DNA of 64,000 bases from an uncultured Chloroflexia bacterium (GCA_963813335.1 CAWEYL010000001.1:640001-704000), one strand, 5' to 3'. Positions 9,801 to 19,756 are shown, numbered from the stretch's first letter. Numbers and translations: made by a program. Notes: generated from the letters alone by a model not told the origin.

Positions 9801-10184
9801 GCCGGCGTCACGCTCGCGCCTGACGAGGTCGAGATCCAGGCCTCGCCGCGGCCCGGCACGGCCGTGGCCGACCAGGACGGCCTGGTGATGGTCATCGATA
9901 CCGAGCTGACGCCCGGGCTGCGCGCCGAGGGCGACGCCCGCGAGCTCCAGCGCTCGATCCAGGACCTGCGCCGCGACGCCGGCCTCGAGCTCGACGACCG
10001 GATCGACCTGTGGATCGACGGGCTGGCGCCGGCCGTCGCCGCGCACCTTGACGCGGTGCTGCGCGAGACGCTGGCCGTCGCCGTCGACGGTCCGGTCCCG
10101 CCGGACGTCACGGCGCGGGCCACGGTCGACCTCGAGCGGGCGCCGGTGGCCCTCGCCTTGCGCCGTCGCGTCGGCGACGGGTAG
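6840..10184 (+). CDS. ileS: Isoleucine--tRNA ligase, type 2 (IleRS2)
   Basis: FLDGPITAN, GFDCQGL, WTTTPWTL, GTGIVH, YPHCWRC, DWMISKKRYWG, PADFITE motifs and a long IleRS2-type C-terminus. ATG at 6840. Confidence 0.96.
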   Translation: MFNAVSSKPDLVAQEHEMLALWRERRTFARLRAQNADGPHWSFLDGPITANNPMGVHHAWGRAYKDLYQRFHAMLGEHQRYQNGFDCQGLWVEVNVERDLGFTSKRDIEAYGIDRFVTLCKQRVLTYAARQTEQSVRLGMWMDWNDPDELRRLHDLLGDDPTRVTTIEGPDGPVTDTVEMLVGRLGMPDTGGSYFTFSNENNDLIWGFLAECHRRGWLYKGHDTMPWCGRCGTGLSQMELNEGYQDREDPGLTVRFPLTDRPGEALLVWTTTPWTLTSNVAAAVGADLRYVRVRQGDDRFWLAKGTLKTALQGPFEVEDEVAGSDLVGWQYIGPFDELPAVRAAFAAGTRDDPSTPYRHRVVAWDEVGEDEGTGIVHVAPGCGAEDFQLGKSLGLPVVAPIDESGIVVEGFGSLSGRDARDVAEPIVEHLKREGRFYRLEPYLHRYPHCWRCGTPLLFRLVDEWYISMGPVYDQPRETLTPEQVDASLRYQIMDVVDTIDWIPGFGLERELDWLRNMHDWMISKKRYWGLALPIYDCPACGTIEVIGGRDELHERAVGGWEAFEGHTPHRPWVDAVTIACPSCGGPVERIRDVGNPWLDAGIVPFSTLHFREDQAYWAKWFPADFITESFPGQFRNWFYSMLAMSTVLRRERPFKTIFGYGLVFGEDGRPMHKSWGNAIDFDEAAERMGVDVMRWMFAKARPEENILFGWHAADEARRELLVLWNVYAFFVTYARLAGWTPGDGDARPVAERGALDRWILSRAAGTAAAVGEHLAAFDAVAATRELSGFMDGLSTWYLRLSRERMRRNDDRRDRAAAFATLHEALLGTVGMLAPILPFLSDTIYRNLVGDLAERPESVHLGPWPADGLAAHRDVRLERAMAVAQDAVDLARTLRSSARIRTRQPLAHAWLALPDRGLDVGPELLAMIADEINVKQVSVIADDSDLVERRVKPLLPKIGKRLGSAIPAVMAAARDGSASFHADGSVTLAGVTLAPDEVEIQASPRPGTAVADQDGLVMVIDTELTPGLRAEGDARELQRSIQDLRRDAGLELDDRIDLWIDGLAPAVAAHLDAVLRETLAVAVDGPVPPDVTARATVDLERAPVALALRRRVGDG

Positions 10185-10188
10185 GCTC

Positions 10189-10806
10189 ATGACGGTCGAG
10201 GGTTCCGACCAGGGAGGCGATCTGCTGGAGCACGGGGAGGCGACGGGCACCACAGCCGCGCCGAGCGCGGCCGCCCCCGAGCGGACGGCCGCGCCCCGCG
10301 GGACTCCCCGCTGGCCGGTGTTCATCGGGCTCGCGGTCGGGATCGTCGTCCTCGACCAGCTGAGCAAGGTGTGGCTGGTGTGGAGGTTCTCGTCCCTGGA
10401 TCCGGGCGAGGCCATCCAGGTCATCGGCGACTACCTGCGCCTGGTCTTCAGCCACAACTCCGGGGCGCTCTTCGGGATGTTCCGCGATCAGGCCCTGCTG
10501 TTCGGGCTGGTCTCGCTCGGGGTCGTGTCGCTGATCGTCTGGTACCACGCGCAGTCGGGCCGCAGCCTCTACATGTCCATCGCGCTCGGCCTGCTGCTCG
10601 GTGGCGCGATCGGCAACCTGCTCGACCGGTTCCGGCTCGGCTACGTCGTCGACTGGATCGACATGGGCATCGGCGACATCCGCTTCTGGACGTTCAACGT
10701 CGCCGACGCGGCGATCAGCACGGCGATCCTGCTGCTGATCGCGATGGCGGTCTTCCCGGCGGTGCTCCGGCTCGGCGGCGACGGGTCCGAGACGGCCGAT
10801 GCCTGA
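10189..10806 (+). CDS. lspA: Lipoprotein signal peptidase II
   Basis: DQLSK, NSGALFG, GAIGNLLDR, VVDWI, FNVAD motifs. Confidence 0.96.
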   Translation: MTVEGSDQGGDLLEHGEATGTTAAPSAAAPERTAAPRGTPRWPVFIGLAVGIVVLDQLSKVWLVWRFSSLDPGEAIQVIGDYLRLVFSHNSGALFGMFRDQALLFGLVSLGVVSLIVWYHAQSGRSLYMSIALGLLLGGAIGNLLDRFRLGYVVDWIDMGIGDIRFWTFNVADAAISTAILLLIAMAVFPAVLRLGGDGSETADA

Positions 10807-11758
10807 CGGCGCCGTGGCGGCCGGGCCCCGGACGCTCCGCGTGCCTGACGGCAAGGCGTCCCGCGTGGACCGCGTGGTCGCCGACGCGACCGGCCTGTCG
10901 CGGAGCTACGTCCAGAAGCTGATCTCCGACGGCCGGCTGACCGCCGACGGGCTGGCCCTCAAGTCGAACGCGATCGTCCAGCCGGGGGCCGAGCTGCGAC
11001 TCGACGTCCCGCCGGTCAGCGTGCCGGAGATCGCCCCGGCGCCCGAGATCCCGGTCCACGTCGTCTACGAGGACGACGAGCTGCTGATCGTCGACAAGCC
11101 CTCCGGACTGGTGGTGCATCCTTCGCCGGGACACGCCGCGGACACGCTGGTCAACGCCCTCCTGGCCCGCGCCGATGGCTCGGAGTACGGCGGGATCGCC
11201 GGCGTCGCCCGGCCGGGGATCGTCCACCGCCTGGACCGTGACACGAGCGGGCTGCTGATGGTGGCCAAGGGCGATACCGCGCAGGCGTCCCTGATGGCCC
11301 AGCTCAAGGCGCGACGCATCAAGAAGACGTATCTCGCGCTGGTCCGCGGCTCGGTCTCGGCGGCGGCCGGCCGCATCGAGGCGCCGATCGGCCGCGACCC
11401 GAAGCACCGGACCCGGATGGCCGTCGTGACCGACGGACGGCCCTCGGTCACCGGCTACCGTGTCCGCGAGCGCTTCGAGGGCTGGACGCTCCTCGAGCTG
11501 GACCTGGTCACGGGCCGGACCCACCAGATCCGCGTCCACCTCGAGGCGATCGGCCATCCGGTGGCCGGCGATCCGGTCTACGGCGGGGCGATCTCGCGGC
11601 GCGGCCCGGACGGCCTCGGACGGCTGTTCCTGCACGCCTGGCGGCTCGAGCTGGCCGCGCCGTCTGACGGGCATCTCATCCGCGCGACCGCGCCGCTCCC
11701 GCCCGAACTCGAGGGCGTCCTCGAGGGGCTTCGCGCCCAGACGGGGCCGGGCCGTTGA
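10799..11758 (+). CDS. rluD: RluA/RluD family 23S rRNA pseudouridine synthase
   Basis: S4 domain, DKPSGLVVHP, HRLDRDTSG, GRTHQIRVH. Confidence 0.92.
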   Translation: MPDGAVAAGPRTLRVPDGKASRVDRVVADATGLSRSYVQKLISDGRLTADGLALKSNAIVQPGAELRLDVPPVSVPEIAPAPEIPVHVVYEDDELLIVDKPSGLVVHPSPGHAADTLVNALLARADGSEYGGIAGVARPGIVHRLDRDTSGLLMVAKGDTAQASLMAQLKARRIKKTYLALVRGSVSAAAGRIEAPIGRDPKHRTRMAVVTDGRPSVTGYRVRERFEGWTLLELDLVTGRTHQIRVHLEAIGHPVAGDPVYGGAISRRGPDGLGRLFLHAWRLELAAPSDGHLIRATAPLPPELEGVLEGLRAQTGPGR

Positions 11759-12411
11759 CGGTCGATCCGACGTCCTCGACCGGGCCAGCGCCGACCGATG
11801 TCGTCGCCGGTGCGCCCGGCGCCCAGCTGGTGATCATCTCGGGGCCGAGCGGGGTGGGGAAGGACACGATCATCGAGGCGCTCCGCGAGCGGCCGCGGGA
11901 CCCGGACTACCACTACGTCGTCACCTGCACCACCCGCGCCCCGCGGCCCGGCGAGATCGACGGCGTCAGCTACCACTTCATGGACCGCGAGCGGTTCCTG
12001 GCCCTGCGCACCGCGGGCGGGCTGCTCGAGGCGAACGAGGTCCACGGCAACTGGTACGGCACGCCGCGTCAGGAGGTCCGCGACGCGCTCGCCGGCGGCC
12101 ACGACGTGATCCTCAAGATCGACGTCCAGGGCGCCCAGCAGGTCAAGGAGCGGGTCGATGAGGCGCTGCTCGTCTTCATCGTCCCGCCGTCGATGGAGAC
12201 GCTGTTCGGTCGGCTGCGCGCCCGCGCCACCGAGAGCGCCGATGAGCTCGAGCTGCGCCAGCGGAACGCCGCCATCGAGCTCGCCCGACAGGAGGACTAC
12301 GACCACGTCGTCGTCAACGAGGACGGCCAGGTCGAGCGGACCGCCCAGCGGATCGACGAGATCATCGCGGAGACGCACGCGCTCCATCCGGCGCGACGGG
12401 TCCGCGTCTAG
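11755..12411 (+). CDS. gmk: Guanylate kinase
   Basis: SGPSGVGKDT, TTRAPRPGEIDGVSYHF, YGTP. Confidence 0.97.
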   Translation: MTVDPTSSTGPAPTDVVAGAPGAQLVIISGPSGVGKDTIIEALRERPRDPDYHYVVTCTTRAPRPGEIDGVSYHFMDRERFLALRTAGGLLEANEVHGNWYGTPRQEVRDALAGGHDVILKIDVQGAQQVKERVDEALLVFIVPPSMETLFGRLRARATESADELELRQRNAAIELARQEDYDHVVVNEDGQVERTAQRIDEIIAETHALHPARRVRV

Positions 12412-12420
12412 GCGCGGGGC

Positions 12421-14922
12421 GTGACCCTCGGTCTCGCGGCCGACCTCCCGGCCCGGGCCTCCGGGCCGCGGCTGGTGGAGGTGGCCGTGGACGCGGCCGG
12501 GGCGGGCGGTGACCGGACCTACACCTACCTCGTGCCGCCGGACCTCGCCGACCTCGAGGCGGGTGAGGCCGTGCTGGTCGAGTTCGGCCGGCGCCAGGCC
12601 CTGGGCGTCGTCCTCGGCGAGGCGGCGCCCGCTCCCGGGGTGACGCCCAAGCCCGTCGTGGATCGCGTCCGGGCGGACGGCCCGCTCCTGCCGCCGCTCG
12701 GCCTGGCCCTCGCCCGCTGGATCGCCGTGCACTACCTCGCCCCGCCGGCGCTCGTCCTGCGGGCGATGCTCCCGCCCGGGATGCTCGAGCGGCTGGAGCT
12801 GGTCGCGGAGCTGGCGCCCGGGTCCACGGACGGCGACCCCGCGCGCTCGGCCGCGTCGCTCACGCCCGTGGACCTGGACCTCCTCGACCAGCTCGCGGGT
12901 GGGCCCCGTCCGGCCCGGACGCTGGCCGCGCCCGAGGGCCGGGCCGGGCTCACGCGCCGGTTGCGGGCGCTGGCCGCCGTCGGCCTGGTCTCGCTCGAGT
13001 GGACCCTGCTGGGCGCATCCGCCGGACCGCGCTACGAGCGTTGGATCCGCGTCACTGCTGCGGGCCGCGCGGCGGCGGCCGCCCTGGCCGCGGGGGATCG
13101 GCTCGCCGGCCGGCCGCTCGGCCCGAGGCAGGTCGCGGCGCTGACCGAGATGACCGCCGTGGACGCGGACGCGGCCGGCGCCCCCGGCGCCGAGGTCGCC
13201 GGGCGGCACGGGTCGTCCGCGGTCGCGGGGCTCGTCCGCCGGGGCCTGCTGGACGTGGAGATCCGCGAACGGCCGCGCCGCCCCCTGGCCGGTCGGCCGG
13301 TCGGGCTGCGCGGGGGCCGGCCGCCGGCCGCGGACCTGCTCCCGGCCCAGGCCGCGGCGGTGACCTTGATCCGCGACGCCCTGGCCGCCTCCGACCCCAC
13401 GCCGCTCCTCCTCGACGGCGTGACCGGCGGCGGCAAGACGGCGGTCTACACCGAGGCGATCGCGACGGCGCTGGAGGCCGGCCGGCGCGCATTGGTCCTG
13501 GTGCCGGAGATCGCGCTGGCGCTCCCGCTCATCGACCGGCTTCGCGCCGACCTCGACGCCCGGGTGGCGGTCGTCCACTCCGGGCTGGGCGACGGCGAGC
13601 GCGCCGACGAATGGCGGCGGATCCGAGCCGGCGACGTCGACATCGTGGTCGGGACCCGGCTGGCGGTGCTGTCGCCGCTGCCCGACGTCGGCATCGTCAT
13701 CGTCGACGAGGAACACGACGCGGCGTACAAGAGCGACCGGACGCCGCGTCTGCAGGCCCGCGACGTCGCCATCGAGCTCGGCCGGCTCGCGGGCGCGGCG
13801 GTCGTCCTCGGCTCGGCGACGCCTGCCGTCGACAGCGTGGGGCACGCCCGGGCCGGCCGGTACCGGCACGCGGTCCTCGTCGACCGCGCGGCCGGGCGCC
13901 TGCCGAACGTCACGGTCGTCGACCTGCGGGCCGAGCTGGCCGCCGGGGAGCGCGGCCTGCTGTCGCGCCCCCTCGCCGGTGCGATCGCCGGGCTGGACAC
14001 CGGCGCCGGCGAGCAGGCGATCCTCGCGCTCAACCGGCGGGGGAGCGCTTCGGTGGTCCTGTGCCGCGACTGCGGCTATGTCCAGGCGTGCCCGGACTGC
14101 GAGCGACCGCTCGTCTACCACCAGGCGGGGATGACGTTGCGCTGCCACCACTGCGGCCGCGCGACGCCGCTGGCCACTCGCTGCCCGAACTGCGAGTCGC
14201 CGCGCATCCGCTACCTGGGCGGCGGGACCGAGCGGCTCGAGCGCGAGGTCCGCGAGCGGTTCCCGGGGCTCCGCGTCGGCCGCCTCGACCGCGACGTCGT
14301 CGAGCGGCGCGGCGCGGCCGAACGGGTCGTGGACGCCTTCTCTGAAGGCCGCCTGGACGTGCTCGTCGGGACCAGCCTCGTGACCAAGGGCCTCGATATC
14401 CCGTCGGTGACACTGGTCGGTGTGGTCTCGTCGGACGTGGCGCTGAACCTGCCCGACGAGCGCGCCGCCGAGCGGACGTTCCAGTTCCTCAGCCAGGCCG
14501 TGGGACGGGCCGGCCGCGGCGACCGACCGGGTCAGGCCATCCTCCAGACCTACCAGCCCGACCACCCGGCGATCGTCGCGGTGGCGACCGGCGATGCGGC
14601 CGCGTTCCTCGACGCCGAGCTGGAGCTGCGACGGCGCTTCGGGTCGCCGCCGTTCGGTCGCCTCGTCAAGCTCACCATCGGGCTGACCGACCGGCTGGCG
14701 GCGGAACGCGAGGGGGCCGCGCTGGCGGAGCGCCTGCGCGCCCGTGCGGCGGAGCGGGGGAGCGATACCGCGATCGCCGGGCCGGCGCCCGCCTACATCG
14801 CCCGTCGGGCCGATCGCTGGCGGTTCAACGTCGTCCTGCGGGGGACGGATCCGGTCGTCCTCCTCGACGGTAGCGTGGACGCGCCGTGGTCGGTCGACGT
14901 CGACCCCGAATCGCTCCTCTGA
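12421..14922 (+). CDS. priA: Primosomal protein N' (PriA helicase)
   Basis: GVTGGGKT, DEEH, GSATP, four CxxC zinc knuckles, QAVGRAGR, C-terminal DVDP. Confidence 0.96.
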   Translation: MTLGLAADLPARASGPRLVEVAVDAAGAGGDRTYTYLVPPDLADLEAGEAVLVEFGRRQALGVVLGEAAPAPGVTPKPVVDRVRADGPLLPPLGLALARWIAVHYLAPPALVLRAMLPPGMLERLELVAELAPGSTDGDPARSAASLTPVDLDLLDQLAGGPRPARTLAAPEGRAGLTRRLRALAAVGLVSLEWTLLGASAGPRYERWIRVTAAGRAAAAALAAGDRLAGRPLGPRQVAALTEMTAVDADAAGAPGAEVAGRHGSSAVAGLVRRGLLDVEIRERPRRPLAGRPVGLRGGRPPAADLLPAQAAAVTLIRDALAASDPTPLLLDGVTGGGKTAVYTEAIATALEAGRRALVLVPEIALALPLIDRLRADLDARVAVVHSGLGDGERADEWRRIRAGDVDIVVGTRLAVLSPLPDVGIVIVDEEHDAAYKSDRTPRLQARDVAIELGRLAGAAVVLGSATPAVDSVGHARAGRYRHAVLVDRAAGRLPNVTVVDLRAELAAGERGLLSRPLAGAIAGLDTGAGEQAILALNRRGSASVVLCRDCGYVQACPDCERPLVYHQAGMTLRCHHCGRATPLATRCPNCESPRIRYLGGGTERLEREVRERFPGLRVGRLDRDVVERRGAAERVVDAFSEGRLDVLVGTSLVTKGLDIPSVTLVGVVSSDVALNLPDERAAERTFQFLSQAVGRAGRGDRPGQAILQTYQPDHPAIVAVATGDAAAFLDAELELRRRFGSPPFGRLVKLTIGLTDRLAAEREGAALAERLRARAAERGSDTAIAGPAPAYIARRADRWRFNVVLRGTDPVVLLDGSVDAPWSVDVDPESLL

Positions 14923-15005
14923 GGGACCCCGTCCCGTGACGTTCGGCAGGGATGACCGCCGGCGCGGTTCGTGCGACCATGGCGCCCCAACAGGAGGACC
15001 CCACG

Positions 15006-15518
15006 ATGACGGATCCCGCAGCCACGCCGCCGCCCGGCGACGAGCACGCCGACCACGCGTCCACCGGACCCGCTGACGCCGCCGATCGGGCGAAGGCGGC
15101 CGGCGAGGCCTTCTCCGAGACCGCCGGCGGGATCGTCGAGTCGATCCGCCATGCCTTCGACGACCTGGCCGAGAAGGCGACACCGGCCGTCCGCGAGGCC
15201 TCGGCCCGGGCCGCGGAGCTGACCTCGGTCGCCGCGACCAAGGCCGTGCCGCTGGCCCGCAAGGCCGGCGAGGCCACCGCCGGCGGGGCCGGCAAGCTCG
15301 CCGAGAAGTCCAAGGCCTGGGCCAACGACCTGCGCGCCTCGGCCAACGGCGGCGGCCAGGCCGCGTCCGATGTCTCGGAGGCGGCCGGTGCGGCCGGCGA
15401 TGCCGCGTCCGACGCGGCGAAGGCTGCGGGCGATGCCGCCACTGCCGCGGCGGACACGGTCTCGGAGGCGGCCGATACGGTCGCCGACGCGGTCGACGAC
15501 GCGACGCCGCCCGTCTGA
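15006..15518 (+). CDS. Ala/Asp-rich hypothetical protein with amphipathic helical repeats
   Basis: AGGAGG SD before ATG 15006 (track start 14952); low-complexity repeats. Confidence 0.7.
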   Translation: MTDPAATPPPGDEHADHASTGPADAADRAKAAGEAFSETAGGIVESIRHAFDDLAEKATPAVREASARAAELTSVAATKAVPLARKAGEATAGGAGKLAEKSKAWANDLRASANGGGQAASDVSEAAGAAGDAASDAAKAAGDAATAAADTVSEAADTVADAVDDATPPV

Positions 15519-15563
15519 CGCCCGCTCCCGGCCGGGCCGGGTGCTTCGATATACTTCGCGGCC

Positions 15564-16079
15564 ATGAGCGTCCGACCCATCGTCCTCCTCGGCGACCCGC
15601 GGCTGCGCCTGAAGGGCCTGCCCGTCGACAGCTTCGGCAAATACCTGCATGAGCTGCTCGACGACCTCGCCCACACCATGCGCGACGCGCCAGGGGTCGG
15701 CCTCGCCGCGCCGCAGCTCGGCGAGGCGCTGCAGGCCTGCGTGATCGAGGTGGAGAACCATCTCTACGAGCTGGTCAACCCGCGCATCGTCCGCTCGAGC
15801 GGCGACGACCGCGACCTCGAGGGCTGCCTGTCGATCCCGGGCTACGTCGCCTACGTCACCCGTCGTGAGAAGGTCTGGGTGGTCGCCCAGGACCGCCAGG
15901 GGCGCAAGATCAAGGTCGCCGGCTCCGGGCTGCTCGGCCGGGCCCTCCAGCACGAGCTCGACCACCTCGACGGTCGCCTCTACATCGACTATCTGGACTC
16001 GATGGACGAGCTGATGGCGGTCGGGGTCGGCGACGAGGACGACGCCGAGGTCCGCGAGGCGACGAGCGCCCTGGCGTGA
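15564..16079 (+). CDS. def: Peptide deformylase
   Basis: GVGLAAPQ, EGCLS, QHELDH. Confidence 0.97.
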   Translation: MSVRPIVLLGDPRLRLKGLPVDSFGKYLHELLDDLAHTMRDAPGVGLAAPQLGEALQACVIEVENHLYELVNPRIVRSSGDDRDLEGCLSIPGYVAYVTRREKVWVVAQDRQGRKIKVAGSGLLGRALQHELDHLDGRLYIDYLDSMDELMAVGVGDEDDAEVREATSALA

Positions 16080-17026
16080 CCCGGACCGGGTCGAGCCCGA
16101 GTCCAGCGCGGACCGTCTTCTTCGGCAGCGGCTCCTTCGCCGTACCGATCCTCGAGACCCTGGCGGCGATGCCGACGCTGGTCATCGTCGGCGTGGTGAC
16201 CGCGCCCGACCGGCCGAGCGGGCGATCCGGCACGCTCACCCCGACCCCCGTGGCGGTCCGGGCCGCGGCGCTTGGCCTGCCGGTCCTGCGCCCCGAGCGC
16301 GTCCGGACGCCTGACACGGTGGCCGCGATCGCTGCCCTGACGCCCGATCTCGGGGTCCTCGCCGACTACGGCCGGATCGTCCCCGCGTCCATCCTCGAGC
16401 TGCCGGCCCACGGCATCCTGAACGTCCACCCGTCGCTGCTGCCGCGCCATCGTGGCGCGACGCCGATCCCGGCGACGATCGCGAGCGGCGACGCGTCGGC
16501 CGGCGTCTCGATCATCCGCATGGACGACGGCATCGATACCGGCCCGATCGTGGCGCAGGCGGCGTGGCCCCTCGAGGGCACCGAGCGTGCCCCGGACCTC
16601 GAGGCGACGGCCGCCCGCCGCGGGGCGGACCTCCTCCATCGGACGATCCTGGGCTGGCTCGCGGGCGAGCAGCCGGCGGTCGCCCAGGACGACGCGGCCG
16701 CGAGTTCGACACGGCCGTTCCGCCGCGAGGACGCCCGGCTCGATCCCGCCCGGCCCGCGTTCGAACTCGAGCGCCAGGTCCGGGCCAACGCGCCGTGGCC
16801 AGGCACCTTCCTCGAAACGACCGAAGGGCGGCTCGGGGTCCTGTCCGCGTCGGTCGCGCCGGCGGGCGGGCTGGCGCCCGGGACCCTGACGGCCGACGGC
16901 CTCGAGACCGTCGATGGCCTGCTCCGGCTCGACCAGGTCCAGCCGGCCGGTGGCCGGCCCATGGCATGGTCGGCATACCTGCGCGGTCGCCCGGGCATCG
17001 TCGGCAGCGCGGTGACCGGTCGCTGA
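16076..17026 (+). CDS. fmt: Methionyl-tRNA formyltransferase
   Basis: NVHPSLLPRHRGATP, MDDGIDTG; follows def. Confidence 0.96.
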   Translation: MTRTGSSPSPARTVFFGSGSFAVPILETLAAMPTLVIVGVVTAPDRPSGRSGTLTPTPVAVRAAALGLPVLRPERVRTPDTVAAIAALTPDLGVLADYGRIVPASILELPAHGILNVHPSLLPRHRGATPIPATIASGDASAGVSIIRMDDGIDTGPIVAQAAWPLEGTERAPDLEATAARRGADLLHRTILGWLAGEQPAVAQDDAAASSTRPFRREDARLDPARPAFELERQVRANAPWPGTFLETTEGRLGVLSASVAPAGGLAPGTLTADGLETVDGLLRLDQVQPAGGRPMAWSAYLRGRPGIVGSAVTGR

Positions 17027-17049
17027 CCGGGCTGCGCTAGCATCGACCC

Positions 17050-18231
17050 GTGACCCACGACGATCGTCCCGGCCTGTCGGGCGTGACCCCGGCCGAGCTC
17101 GAGGCCTGGGTCGTCGAGCAGGGCCAGCCGGCCTACCGGGCGCGCCAGGTCGCCGACGCGTTCTGGAACGCCGGCGGTACGACCGACCCGGCCACGATCG
17201 CGCCGCTGCCCGCGCCACTACGCGCCGCGCTGGCCGCGTCGTTCCGTTTCGACACGGTCGGCGAGACCGACGTGCGCATCGCCGACGGCGGCCTGACCGA
17301 GAAGGCGCTCCACCGGCTCGACGACGGGGCGCTCATCGAATCGGTGCTGATGCACTACCCGGCCCGCGCCGGCAGCCGCGAACGGCACACGCTGTGCATC
17401 TCGAGCCAGGCCGGCTGCGCGGTGGGCTGTCCGTTCTGTGCCACCGGCGAGCTCGGGTTCACCCGGGACCTCGCCACTGCCGAGATCGTCGACCAGGTCC
17501 GCCACGCGGCGCGCCGGCTGGCCGCGAACGGCCAGCGGCTGACGAACATCGTGTTCATGGGCATGGGCGAGCCGCTGCTCAACCTCGACCGCGTCCTCGC
17601 CGCGGTCGAGGCGCTCAACGACCCGGCTCGCTTCGGCCTCGGCGCCCGGCACATCACGGTCTCCACGTCCGGCGTGGTGCCCGGGATCCGGCGGCTGACC
17701 GCGCTCGGCCCGCAGTTCACGCTGGCCGTCTCGCTCCATGCCGCCCGGGACCCCCTTCGCGACGTGCTCGTCCCGCTGAACCGGCGCTGGCCGATCGCCG
17801 AGGTGGTGGCCGCCGCGCGCGACCACGCCCACGCCACGGGCCGGCGGATCAGCTACGAGGTCACGATGATCGGCGGCGTGAACGACACCGACATCGACGC
17901 CGAAGCGATGGCCGACCTGCTGCGCGGCGACCACGCGCATGTCAATCTCATCCCGATGAACCCCGTGGCCCACACGCCCTGGACCGCCAGCCCGATGCCG
18001 GTCATCGAACGGTTCGCCGCGACGCTGCGGGCCGCCGGGATCGGCACGACCATCCGGCGCAACCGCGGCCAGGAGGTCGGAGCTGCCTGCGGCCAGCTCG
18101 CGGCCGAGCGGGCGGGTGAGCCGCCGGCGCCGGCGGTCGCGCGTCGGCGCGAGCGGCTGATCGTGGCCAGCGCCAGCGCGCTGCGCGGCGAGCGCAGCCA
18201 CGAGCCGGCGCCCGCCGGGACGGGGGAGTAG
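17050..18231 (+). CDS. rlmN: 23S rRNA (adenine2503-C2) radical SAM methyltransferase
   Basis: [33 protein letters not shown]. Confidence 0.9.
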   Translation: MTHDDRPGLSGVTPAELEAWVVEQGQPAYRARQVADAFWNAGGTTDPATIAPLPAPLRAALAASFRFDTVGETDVRIADGGLTEKALHRLDDGALIESVLMHYPARAGSRERHTLCISSQAGCAVGCPFCATGELGFTRDLATAEIVDQVRHAARRLAANGQRLTNIVFMGMGEPLLNLDRVLAAVEALNDPARFGLGARHITVSTSGVVPGIRRLTALGPQFTLAVSLHAARDPLRDVLVPLNRRWPIAEVVAAARDHAHATGRRISYEVTMIGGVNDTDIDAEAMADLLRGDHAHVNLIPMNPVAHTPWTASPMPVIERFAATLRAAGIGTTIRRNRGQEVGAACGQLAAERAGEPPAPAVARRRERLIVASASALRGERSHEPAPAGTGE

Positions 18232-18233
18232 CG

Positions 18234-19229
18234 GTGGGCACCGGGCGGGCCAGGGTCGCGGCCAGCATCCTCGACGCCGACCTCTCGAACCTCGCCTATG
18301 CCGTGCGCCGGGTCCAGAAGGCGGGCGCGGACCGCATCCACCTCGACGTGATGGACGGCCATTTCGTCCCGAATCTCACATTCGGGGCGAAGACCATCAA
18401 GCACCTGCGCCGGCGGACCGAGCTGCCGTTCGATGCCCACCTGATGATCAGCGAGCCCGGCCGCTCCATCGAGGAGTACCTCGATGCTGGCTGCGACTCC
18501 ATCACGTTCCACGTCGAGATCGAGGAGCCCATCGAGCCGACGCTGCGGGCGATCCGCGACGCGGGTCGAGCGGCCGGCCTGGCCGTCCGCCCCGGGACGC
18601 CGCTGTCGGCCCTGGAGCCGTACCAGGAGCTGCTCGACATCATCCTGGTGATGACCGTGGAGCCCGGCTTCGGTGGCCAGTCGTTCATGAAGGACGTCGC
18701 CAGGGAGAAGATCCTCCCGGCCCGCGACCTGCTCCGCCACAAGGCGCACGGCGCCGAGGTGCATGTCGATGGCGGCATCAACCGCGAGACGGCCGAGTTC
18801 GCCGGGGCGCAGGGGGTCGACATCCTCGTCGTCGGGTCTGCGCTGTTCATCAAGGGCCACGACATGGGCCGCGAGATCCGGCTGATCCGGGCGCTGGCCG
18901 ACGAGGGCTACCAGTACGGCCTCAACGGCGGCGAGCCGCCGATCCCGCGCGACCGCATGGTCCGCTTCGCCTCATTGCCGAAGCCGTTCGCGCGGAGCCT
19001 GATGGACGAGATCGAGGCCGGCGGCGTCCCCGTCGTGATGCTCCGCAGCGACGGGACGATGAACCCCGACGGCGTGCGCGACTACGACCTGCTGGTGCCG
19101 GCATCGGTCGAGACGCTCGTCGTCGAGCGCCACGCCTCGTCGCGCACGGAGTACGACGCCAGGGCCGAGGCCTGGCGCGAGGCGTACATCCGCGAGCACG
19201 GCGTCAGCGAGCCGCCCGGCACCCCGTGA
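18234..19229 (+). CDS. rpe: Ribulose-phosphate 3-epimerase with ~100-aa C-terminal extension
   Basis: [39 protein letters not shown]. Confidence 0.94.
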   Translation: MGTGRARVAASILDADLSNLAYAVRRVQKAGADRIHLDVMDGHFVPNLTFGAKTIKHLRRRTELPFDAHLMISEPGRSIEEYLDAGCDSITFHVEIEEPIEPTLRAIRDAGRAAGLAVRPGTPLSALEPYQELLDIILVMTVEPGFGGQSFMKDVAREKILPARDLLRHKAHGAEVHVDGGINRETAEFAGAQGVDILVVGSALFIKGHDMGREIRLIRALADEGYQYGLNGGEPPIPRDRMVRFASLPKPFARSLMDEIEAGGVPVVMLRSDGTMNPDGVRDYDLLVPASVETLVVERHASSRTEYDARAEAWREAYIREHGVSEPPGTP

Positions 19230-19672
19230 GGGCGCTGCTCCAACGGGTCGCGCGGGCGGCGGTCCTCGTCGAGGGAGCCACGGTCGGCGAGATCGGCCCG
19301 GGGTTGGTGGTCCTGCTCGGCGTCGGGCCGGACGACACGGAGGCGATCGCCGACGGCCTGGCGCGACGAGCCATCGAGCTGCGCATCTTCCGCGACGACG
19401 AGGGCCGCACGAACCGGTCGCTCGTCGACATCGGCGGGGCCGCGCTGGTCGTGTCGCAGTTCACGCTCTACGCCGACACCACGCGCGGTCGCCGGCCGGG
19501 GTTCACGGGCGCCGCGCCGCCGGAGCAGGCCGAACGCCTCTATGAGCGGTTCGCCGCGGCGATCCGCGCCTCGGGGCTGACCGTGGCCACCGGCTCCTTC
19601 GGGGCGGAGATGGCGGTCGAGCTCGTCAACGACGGCCCGTTCACGATCTGGCTCGACAGCGCCGACCGCTGA
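19226..19672 (+). CDS. dtd: D-aminoacyl-tRNA deacylase
   Basis: MRALLQRV, SQFTL, NDGP. Confidence 0.97.
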   Translation: MRALLQRVARAAVLVEGATVGEIGPGLVVLLGVGPDDTEAIADGLARRAIELRIFRDDEGRTNRSLVDIGGAALVVSQFTLYADTTRGRRPGFTGAAPPEQAERLYERFAAAIRASGLTVATGSFGAEMAVELVNDGPFTIWLDSADR

Positions 19673-19685
19673 ACCCGGGGCCCGG

Positions 19686-19719
19686 AAACGACGAAACCGG
19701 TCGTCGGGCGACGACCGGT
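19686..19719 (-). terminator. Intrinsic terminator for rpmB (possibly bidirectional with dtd)
   Basis: ACCGGTCGTC-GGGC-GACGACCGGT 10-bp stem followed by a T-rich tail on the - strand. Confidence 0.75.
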
Positions 19720-19756
19720 CGGGTGCCTGGAGCGGCGCCGGAGGGCGCCGCGAGAC

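Noticed and set aside
6687-10424. Very long antisense or alternate-frame ORFs (e.g. 6687..10424 -, 11578..15183 -, 31718..36067 -)
   Set aside because: These are shadow ORFs expected from high GC3 codon bias. They have no recognisable motifs and overlap clear housekeeping genes.
17050-18231. Cfr-type resistance methyltransferase
   Set aside because: It sits in the housekeeping fmt-rlmN-rpe context with no mobile-element signs, so RlmN is more parsimonious. Only a phylogeny could formally exclude Cfr.
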